Assembly (NCBI RefSeq): GCF_022045235.1
Contig: NW_027266308.1
Location: forward strand, 15,624,001-15,688,000
Origin: Haliotis cracherodii
Lineage: Eukaryota
Direction of reading: 5' to 3'
Length of the DNA stretch: 64,000 bases
In this document: positions 52,384 to 62,013 of the stretch, piece by piece
Numbering within the stretch: the stretch's first letter is position 1
How the letters are laid out: the number at the start of each line of letters is the position of its first letter
Program-made: the position numbers and the translations under genes
Notes under the pieces: model-generated
Databases searched by the model: none
The model's input: only the letters and a program-made list of their open reading frames with translations
What the model was told of the DNA's origin: nothing

Positions 52384-52817
52384 GGCTATGCGCTACTCGT
52401 AAGGTCACTGGAGAGGCTATGCGCTACTCGTAAGATCACTGGTGTGGCTATGCGCTACTCGTAAGGTCACTGGTGTGGCTATGCGCTATTCGTAAGGTCA
52501 CTGGTGTGGCTATGCACTACTCGTAAGGTCACTGGAGAGGCTGTGCGCTATTCGTAAGGTCAGTGGTGTGGCTATGCGCTACTCGTAAGGTCACTGGAGA
52601 GGCTGTGCGCTACTCGTAAGGTCACTGGTGTGGCTAGACGTTAGTCGTAAGGTCACTGGTTTTCGCGCTACCCGTAAGGTCACATGAGTGGTAGTGCGCT
52701 TAAGGCCGTGCGCAGATTGTACGACACGGTGTGTGTGTGGCGGGGTGGTGGGGTGTGGGTGTGTGGGTGGGTGTGAGGGAGGGGGGTGGGGGTGGGGGTG
52801 GGGGGGGGGGGGGGGGT

Positions 52818-52855
<38 letters not shown>

Positions 52856-52880
52856 GAGCTACTCGTAAGGTCACAGGAGT
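52384..52880. repeat. 31-bp minisatellite (about 10 copies) interrupted by a G-rich/(GT)n island
   Basis: Unit GGCTATGCGCTACTCGTAAGGTCACTGGWGW at 52384-52690, G/GT tract at 52728-52852, one more partial unit at about 52855-52880. Confidence 0.9.
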
Positions 52881-54036
52881 GGATACGTTTACGATGTTAC
52901 ACCCCTTGTCTTTGTTTCCCAATGTTGCTTGGTGAAATATTAACCAGATGAGGAAGCCCACGCTCAAAGGAAAAGGCCTAAAAAATGATGAAAACCTGCA
53001 CAAGGCTAAAAGTGAATACATTCAGTCACGCCTGTTGGGAGGTTTGGGAGTTATAGACATAATATTTCACTTTCATATCTTTCAGAAGCAAAAAAATAAA
53101 TTCATTTCACGAGAACTGCTGATCGTTTATGTTTCCACACAAGAACTGTAAAACACAAGATGAAAAAATAAAATAAATAATACCTTGGCGGTAGAAACAC
53201 CAGTGAAACGCCAGTGAAATTTACTTGTAAATACACTGTTTGTACCAAGACTAGCTGCAATAAATCTTATTTGCGGATGTAATTATGTCTCTTGAAATAG
53301 TTCAGGACACTCCATCAATACCTGCTTTCCGCGACGGGCAACAGAACCTAGATGATCAAAGATGATTTACCTTTCTAAACGGACGAGCTCTTATTGGCAT
53401 GGGGTCTAGACTGGGGCTGTAAATCCTCCATTGTATCTGTTCTGTGTGTGGGTTCGATACTTTCTGGTGACAAGATTAGCTCAGAAACAAAAGTTATCTT
53501 TGGATGTTTTGAAACGAGGCTGATAAAACAGCAGCGACTAATCGTCAGCTGATACACACGAACGAACTATTAGTCCTTTCGCCTTGAGTACATAAACTTA
53601 GTTTGCCATAGATATCGATCTTCTCCTTTAATAGATTACAGTGAAACTTCCTTTTTCCGGATCCTGTAAATAAAAAGCGAAAGCAACCCTTTCCATAATC
53701 ATAAGATATCTTCACCAAAAGCCATTGTACGATTCCGAATATATCATGCGGATGTGTTTATGAATCACTCTGAAAAAGTGATCATACCAAATGTTCAAAA
53801 AGGTCCGGAAACTTCAGGCAATTGCTATTAGGGAGGTTTATGTTATTCAGCTGGTATCATACGTACCTGAGATTGGTTAATCCGCAATGCGTTACTCCGC
53901 ACCATACTCCACACCACCGTGCATGGCACTAGCGTGATTACGACGTTAGCGTTATACAGTATAGTGTCTTACAATCATGACAGACAATAGCAGCCTCTTA
54001 CTAGAGTGAATGGGGCAACGGTGGTCCAGCAGCAGC

Positions 54037-54043
54037 AGTAGTC

Positions 54044-54089
<46 letters not shown>
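54037..54089. repeat. (TAG)n microsatellite
   Basis: Seen directly. Confidence 0.95.
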
Positions 54090-54699
54090 CGACTTCCTCA
54101 TTATTAGTAGAAGAAACAGAAACCAGTAATTGAGATTTGAGTTGTTAAATGTTTAATTAATTTTATATGGTCAACGGTATGGAAAGAAATGCTGATAGCA
54201 AGTAAGAGCATCATCTTTACTGATTATTATTAATATCATTATTATTACATCTGCCGAAATGAACATGTTTTAAAACAATGGATACCGTATCACGTGCAGA
54301 CAAGCGACAATGATATCTGGTCAATAGAGAGGAGATTAGAACTGTATAATGCTGTGTTACCTGTGTTAGTGACATATTTGTAAATTGTCTTTTGAACGGA
54401 CCCATTTGGTATATTTGGCCCTATTAGCATAGAAAGGGAAAAGATTTTATAACATACCCAAACTGTATTTCATAAGTCTCATTAGTGATTCCATTACAAT
54501 TTGAACAATTTGTAAAACCATCCTTATCAATAATTGACTTGTACGTATAAAGTTCACAGTGGCAAATACGACGTCATACTTTCGTTTGCGCCTGCGAATC
54601 TTTCGGTAAGTCTGAAATGAAGGGCACAAAGATTGCATGCATCGAATTGTGCCATTATTCCACAACGCTTATCACACAGAGTGCAATGGTGCGGTTTGG

Positions 54700-54963
54700 T
54701 TCGTTGGTTTGTTGTTTAACGCCGCACTCTGCAATATTCCAGCTATATGACGGCGGTCTGTAAATAATCGAGTCTTGACCAGACAATCCAGTGATTAATA
54801 TCATTACCATCGATCCACACAATTGGGATCGATGACATGCATCAACCAAGTCAGCGAGACTGACCACCCGATCCCGTTAGTCGTCCCTTACGACAAGCGT
54901 AGTCGCCTTTTACGGCAAGCATGGATTGCTGAAGACCTATTCTACCCCGGATCTTCACGGGTC
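54700..54963 (-). mobile_element. SINE family S1
   Basis: Well-preserved reverse complement of the S1 consensus. Confidence 0.85.
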
Positions 54964-55199
54964 GCAAGGGTGCGGAAAAGTAATTGTCAAAACTCTTGGA
55001 CATGACTTAAACTGTGTGATATCAATATTAGTTCTGTCATGAGCAAACAAACTCAGACCAATACGAGCGGGGACCCATACATTATCACAACGTATATACT
55101 TTGAAATAGAAGAGCGTCTGATTTCAATATTGCATATACAATATCATATCTAGTTCCTGATACATCAGATTCAATCGTCTCAAAAACTGTCATGAAATC

Positions 55200-56300
55200 A
55201 GTGGATTATATTGCTTCATGATTGTTTTCATTGACCCATTTCAGACCTTGAAGTTTTGACACCAGACCGACTGAAAAGACTAATAAACAGCCATGACGTT
55301 GAAACATAGATGTCATCAGCTCCTGCTGCACGACCTCTTGTTATATCTTTAGATGCGTGAGTATTAATGCGAATGAAGCCAGAATAGCGCCCAGAAATAT
55401 AATCTTCAGACAGAACATTAATAGCGGTTTGGTTTATGTACTTATTGGTCTCATTGTTTCATTCTGACACAAGTCCTGGTTGTAGGAAACTCTATGGATC
55501 TGTCTTAGGTTGCACAGATGAGTCAAGTGTGTCACACTCCTGGTGGTCATATTATCTTGTAACTTGTCAAACGCCCTATCCGAATGACGTTTTCAGCCCA
55601 ATCACTATCAAATACACACATATGTGGCAGGTTGATATTTGGTCATTAATTATATTTTCAGGTGATATATCAATGACGGTTCTTCATTCAACCTGTAGAG
55701 CAGCTTTTGGGGTGTTTGAGAGGACACTGGTACAAAGTCGTAATGCCTTAGATTGCTTGTAATCGAGCTACATAAGATACTCTACGAAGATCACAACTAT
55801 TTTCTGACCCAAATGGACTCGGAAATCAAATCGCGTCCGCTGCCAGGAAACAGCTTTTGTTGCTCATATTATGTAAAGTTGCGGACACATTTTCTGCGGA
55901 AGCCCTCACGGACCACCCGCGCTTAGCGTTATGTTCTTCCACATGGTGTAAGGTAATTATTACGTTCAGAAAGTTCGAATGGAAATCATCTATTCGTATC
56001 AGTTTCACAAATGAGACCCACTGTGTCAATACGTTATGTATACGTCTGCATTCATACCGAGACAGTTAATTCCGAAGTGCCAGCTTCACCTATTTGAACG
56101 CATCATATCGCATCACATTCAGGTGTAATGTGTTTGGCTGCATAGAAAACATAATTGGTGAAGAAATGTACAAGTAGGTCTGCGAGAATCGGTACACTAG
56201 AACGACCGCATTCGGTGAAGTGTCGTAAAATCAAACATTTATGGTTTTGTTGTCAGCACCGATGTGGAGGCAGTACAAGCCTCTGAACGCAATGAGTCAC
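55200..56300 (-). mobile_element. Decayed I-clade LINE ORF2 (post-RT/RNase H region)
   Basis: Minus strand near 55690-55770 reads LDYKQSKALRLCTSVLSNTPKAALQVE, resembling the LxxIQxxALRxxxGAFxTTPxxALxVE motif. Boundaries are approximate. Confidence 0.5.
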
Positions 56301-57185
56301 TCTTGCCGGGAGACATTTTCTGATGGAAAATCGATATCCGCTGATCAGCTCCTGGATGCTGCCTGTTTCTATAAAACTACATGTGGTGAGAGGCGTCTCG
56401 TGTTCAGTGGCCCAATCAACTATGGTTCAGCTTGTAAGTTGCCATTGGTAAACTCTTCATGCTTTCATATTTGTTATTGTAAAAGTACAGTGCACTAAGA
56501 CACCAGAGGTGAAAAATAGACGCCGTCTTATCGACTAGTTTAAACTAGTGCCTGAACCTTATTAAAAGCCCCGTATCATGTCAGGAGTAGGGTTGGTCCC
56601 CAAACTTGTAACAGGTATTGAGTAATATATTCCTGGTGGTTTCAATGTGTTATCTGGCTGATATGGCAGCGAATATGGAACCCAAATGTGTTTAAGGTGA
56701 CTGTTAAAGAAATAGGCTGAGTAAATATTGATATTGTTAGGTTTACAGCCACAGGTTGACTTTGGGATTGAAAAGTTGACTGTCAGAGATGTGGGTTGAC
56801 TAGATATTGATGTTGTTAGGTTTACAGCCACAGGTTGACTTTGAGATTGAAAATTTGACTGTAAGAAGGAGTGGAAGATTGACTGTTACACTAGAAAATT
56901 GACTTTGTGAATGGAATCTTGACTGCGAAGACACCCTTGTACCCACAAATTAGATATTTTAAAAAAAATCTTCAGGATACGAGCTACATGTTTCATACTG
57001 ACATATTTAAACTCAAGTAAAGAGGTCATCATTGAGATACCGCACACGCTAGAATATGTTCAATTTTGCTATTCCAGGGAATCAAACTAACGATTTCGGT
57101 TACATTTCAACATCAGCTTGTTAGATCTGAGTGACAGATAGCTCTGCACCACTCACGATCCAGCTATGCGCAAAGCTCTATTCTG

Positions 57186-57207
57186 ATTGGATGAAATAAT
57201 CTATATA
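57186..57207 (+). promoter_or_regulatory. Core promoter of gene E (ATTGG-N11-TATATA)
   Basis: TTCTGATTGG ATGAAATAATC TATATA, about 57 nt before the ATG. Confidence 0.7.
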
Positions 57208-57263
57208 TGACCACCAACGTTTAAGACGGCATCAGGTGTTGATGCACAGACTACACCAGGAAC

Positions 57264-58136
57264 ATGAAAAACGTCAATATGAAGAACGATGAAGAAAAAT
57301 ACATATCCTGTGCCATCATGGGAGACGGGATGGTCGGAAAGACCAGCATCTCCGAGAGCTATGCCCAGAAATCCTTCAAGGAGAACTATGAAGCCACAGT
57401 GTTTGATAACTATGTCGTTCCACTGAATGTAGCTGAGGAGGAGTTTGTCATCAGCATGTTCGATACTGCAGGAAAGGTGAGCTGACAATAATGCCAGAAA
57501 TATGTTCACTTTTTGTTTAAAAGAGACCAGTCTAGTTTTTTGCTGTACTAATGTATGTATTATGGATCATTGACTACCTATGAGTAGCTCACTGTTGCAA
57601 TTACATGAGCTTGACAATGGCATTGTGCCACATGTATTATAGATATAATATACATTCTACTTAATTTATTACAGAACGTTTAAGCGCATACATGTATGTT
57701 CATGGATCTTGAAAAACAATAAATGTTTACCTTTTTTGTTTCATATTTCCAGAAAAACTTTGAGAATCTCCGTTCCTTCACATACCGTGAGAGTGAAGTC
57801 CTGCTTCTGTGTTTCTCCACCTGTGACCGGGAAACGTTGGCCAGCATCAATGACGTGTGGATGCCTGAACTGAAGAGACACTCCAAACACACCAAACAGA
57901 AGAGACCGGTCATCCTCGTGGGCACCCAAATTGATCTCCGTTTCGGGAATGAAGACAGCGAGGTCTCCACGGACGAGGGTGTCCAGTTGGCCAAGGACAT
58001 TGGTGCTGACTGCTATGTGGAGTGCTCTGCTCGCGACCACAAGGGTTTGAAGGAGGTCTTTCAGCATGTCGTCTTCTCCGCTCTCAAGTTCAGGAAAAAG
58101 AACACAAACATTATCAAGAAGATCTTCAGACGTTGA
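57264..58136 (+). CDS. Atypical Rho-family GTPase paralogue E, 198 aa, 2 exons
   Basis: Exon1 57264-57476 (AAG|GTGAGC), intron 57477-57752 (276 nt), exon2 57753-58136. G3 DTAGK, G4 TQID; ends KKIFRR*. AATAAA 58660-58665. Confidence 0.93.
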
Positions 58137-59102
58137 AGTGGGCAGTCGCGAACAATGTTCCTTTAAAATGACTGTATTGTCTGCGCCACTAAAGCCAATA
58201 GTGACTTTGAAATCTCAAACTGTGATATTTTGCAGATTTAGTAAACCATTGAGTGCCTTCATCAGTATGATGCCCATATGGGCAGACCAATTTGTGCTTG
58301 CGTTTTGTACTTGATGTAACTTCCTTTGATCCTATTTGTTCGACATTTTCAATCACCTTGGCAAGTTGTGATGCTGTTTATCGAATTTTGATATTAGATA
58401 TCAAAACACACTGTATTATCAAAGTTTAAGTTGCAATCAGAGACAACTTTCAGAGAAGACACCACTTATCGAAGTTTTCTGTGGTATCCATGGGAACAGG
58501 CGAGTGACGTTATTCCGTTTTCACAACGTGACTACATTTACAAGGGTCACGTGGGTATGAATTATGTTCAAGTTTATATCTCGGCATTCCAGTGCCCAGT
58601 ACCGTTTTTGTAAACAATATGCAATTTCCATTTTATACGCATTAATGTTTTATACATGAAATAAAATTGAAAGTGAAAGTAAAAGCTTCTGTCTTTATTT
58701 TAATTTGGAAGTAAGGGACAAACTGTGGTGTCTTGGTGTTGTTTCCAGGTGCATATATCCATCACCAGGTCTTAAGAGCAAAGGCAAGAGTTCCTAAATT
58801 AAAATAGTTCTTCCTTATTATTAATGATGAGGAAAATGTTTAAATATAATGCGCATTTAGTTTCTAGATAAATCACTGAGGCATTTAATATAATATATGA
58901 TTATAGATTTGGTATAGTGTATATTAATATCAATATGAACAGTTGTTTGAAATGGAAACCTAAGTGGGAACAGTTTAAAATACACTTAAATCAAATGTTT
59001 ATAGGTTGTTGGTAATTGGCAAAAGCTAACAAATCTATTGCCCAATGTAGTCATCGTTCGCTACATCGTGGTTCACTGCGGTGCTTCTTACACATAGGAA
59101 TG

Positions 59103-59275
59103 TGGAGGCGGTCGGGTAGCCTAGTGGTTAAAGCGTTCGCTCGTCGAGCCGAAGACCCGGGTTCGAATCCCGACATGGGTACAATGTGTGAAGCCCATTT
59201 CTGGTGTCCCCCGCCGTGATATTGCTTGAATATTGCTTAAAGCGGCGTAAAACCAAACTCACTCACTCACTCACT
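59103..59275 (+). mobile_element. tRNA-derived SINE family S2 with TSD
   Basis: A and B boxes, (CACT)n tail. TSD CACATAGGAATG at 59091-59102 and 59276-59287. Confidence 0.9.
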
Positions 59276-60082
59276 CACATAGGAATGAAACCATTAGTTA
59301 TTTCTGGACAGCGTTCTGATTATAATACGCAACTTTGAAGCGTTAAGTTTTTAAATATGATATAAGAATTGTGAAGCTAAGCTACGTATTGGTAGCCAAT
59401 TTCTAGTGGCGCCCGCCTTGATATTCCTTAAATATTTGGAAAGCAGCGTAAAACCCTACTCACTCATTCACTCAAATACGCATACACGATTCCTTGAGGC
59501 TATGTGATGCTCATTGCATTTCAAATGTCATCGTTTTGTTTTGACGGATGCAAATTTGCATATTTGAATGTTTTGACGATTTCTATTCAGTGTCGGTGGA
59601 CGTGCGACGTAATAAGGCGATAACTGTAACAACGACTTCCGACGTCAATAAATGACCTTGACCTGAATTGTTGTGACTGTACTAATTGATATCCAATTCA
59701 CGTCCTGGAGATGTCATTTTAAACCTGCAATTGAAATGTACTGTAAATCATAGCGATATGCGACTTCAGTCAGGAGTCAATTATGTCCGTTGTATTGACC
59801 AGCATTACAGGCAAGGATTCAAACAAGTATTAAAGGGAAAGGATTTCTTATCTACGTCTGGTCATCAACACGGAGGAGCGAATTAGCCTTCATTCGAATT
59901 AGCCTACTTTCGAGTTAGCCTACTTTCGAGTTAGCCTACGGTCGAGTTCGCCTACTAGATTATATAATGAGAAACTATTGTTGAGTGCGGCGTTAAATAA
60001 CAAAAAAAAAAAAAAAAAGAATATAAAAATATGAAAGCAGGACTGAACCAAGTGCAGTTGAACTACATGTATGCAGGTTAAC

Positions 60083-60630
60083 ATCATTCTGACGGTTAGA
60101 ACATGATGTATAAGTCAATGTCCAAAGTCACACTGACGATCTTATTATGATGTAGAGGTCAATGTCTAACATCACTCTGACGATCTTAATATGATGTAGA
60201 GGTCAATGTCTAACATCACTTTGGCGATCTTAATATGATGTAGAGGTCAATGTCTAACATCACTCTGACGATCTTAATATGATGTAGAGGTCAATGTCTA
60301 ACATCACTCTGACGATCTTGATATGATGTAGACCCGTGAAGATCCGGAGTAGAATACGTCTTCAGCAACCCTTGCTTGCCGTAAAAGGCGGCTATGCTTG
60401 TCGTGAGAGGCGACTGACGGGATCGGGTGGTCAGTCTTACTGGCATGGTTGATGCATGTTATCATTTCCCAATTGCGTGGATGGATGCTCATGATGTCAA
60501 TCACTGGATTGTTTGGTCCAGACTCGATTATTTACAAACCGCCGTCATATAGCTGGATTATTGAAGAGTGCGGCGTTAAACAACACACAAACAAACCAAT
60601 AATATGATGTAGAAGTCAATGTCCAACATG
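60083..60630. repeat. 44-bp minisatellite interrupted by an S1 SINE
   Basis: Unit CACTCTGACGATCTTAATATGATGTAGAGGTCAATGTCTAACAT, about 6 copies. Confidence 0.9.
60331..60600 (+). mobile_element. SINE family S1 with TSD
   Basis: Begins gacccgtgaagatccgg; flanked by ATATGATGTA at 60321-60330 and 60602-60611. Confidence 0.88.
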
Positions 60631-60810
60631 TCAGCGTTCAGCGAATGTGGGGGCATGTTTCATGCTGCCATATGGCAGGCCTACTGTTGTGCGGTTTCAG
60701 GAAACAAACAAACGTTTTCATTTTTATGCAAACTGTGTGAGTGTCGAGTACTGCCGGTAGAGCAGGACTTGCTGAACCAGTTCGCGAATACCTTGCTTCA
60801 TCACTAATTC

Positions 60811-60910
60811 CATCACTAGTCTGCCTGTCACGCCCAATGGAATCTGTTTCGGCTGAATATCATCACTAGTCTGCCTGTCACGCCCAATGGAATCTGTTTC
60901 GGCTGAATAT
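60811..60910. repeat. Perfect 50-bp tandem duplication
   Basis: catcactagt..ggctgaatat occurs twice. Confidence 0.95.
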
Positions 60911-61491
60911 CAAGACTGATTCTCTGTCGTTGACGTTTTATCAGTCCTGTTTGACTTTTCAGACTCTATTATGTACACGTCATACAGACTGAACATTGCA
61001 GACTGATACGTTAAACCAGACTCGCTTAGGTGTTTTCCCCGTTCAGTGTCGCGCCGCTAACAACTAACTCTGATGGAATTAGTTACTGAAGCGCCATGCA
61101 ATCACCTTGGTTGGCCACAAGACTGCGTATCTTGAGGCTGATCCATTTTGTATCAGCAGCTTCGTGTGGATGATATTCCTGAACGACAACAGCTAGTCAA
61201 TACACATGACTCAGATGATACGGACAGATTGTTTATGTCTAGTTTGCCAACTGCTCACTTATTTCCGGGATTAGAAAACAACCATGTCACTATCAAAGTT
61301 ACCGAAAAAATATATATGGTGCGAATGGAATACAATAAATCAAGCAGCAACATTTCTCGGGTATTTTAACACCTCGGCTCAAAAGGTTTATAGATCTTTA
61401 AACCGTTTGTTATTATCGTCATTAGAAATGAATGCATTACCAAAATTTCGGTGAAAGTTTTCATAAAAGACCAACAAAAGCTCTTTGAACG

Positions 61492-61642
61492 GTGGAATAG
61501 TCTTGTGTTTAAAGCATTCACTCGTCACGCCGAAGACCGGGTTCAGTTCCCTACATGTGTACAATCTGTGAAGCCAATTTCTGGTGTCCCCCGCAGTGAT
61601 ATTGCTCGAATATTGCTAAACGTGACATAAAACATTCACACA
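61492..61642 (+). mobile_element. SINE family S2 (degenerate)
   Basis: cgtcacgccgaagacc..tttctggtgtcccccgc; TSD CTTTGAACG at 61483-61491 and 61643-61651. Confidence 0.75.
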
Positions 61643-61905
61643 CTTTGAACGTCTTGAAGCAAGCTAGGATTGTATAAGTGGTTTGTACGTCGCCTGTCTT
61701 CAACGGGCAGATTAGTAGCCACGTCGCCTAACTCTAATAACAGAAGCTCCAAACAATCAGACAATGTAAACATTGTCATAACTCCCCAGACAAGTAAATA
61801 CTAATAACACCTTGTAAGATTTCCTTAAGACCATGATGATTTACATTGCGCGTGTTTCCAATACAGCAACCTTGTCCATCTGGCAGTCCCCTGGCATCGT
61901 TAAAC

Positions 61906-61964
61906 CACGTGACAACCGTGGCGTGAGTGTTCTTGCTCGTAATTGGTCAGTTCTGTCTATATAA
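61906..61964 (+). promoter_or_regulatory. Core promoter of gene F: E-box, inverted CCAAT, TATA
   Basis: CACGTG 61906-61911, ATTGG 61942-61946, 11 nt, TATATAA 61958-61964. Confidence 0.7.
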
Positions 61965-62013
61965 GCAAGTATGCTTGGCAAGAATTGGCACACGTTGACT
62001 GAACTACATTACT

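Noticed and set aside
52384-52690. 31-bp repeat as a CRISPR array (also the 21-bp and 44-bp arrays)
   Set aside because: Head-to-tail units with no unique spacers, no cas genes, and eukaryotic context.
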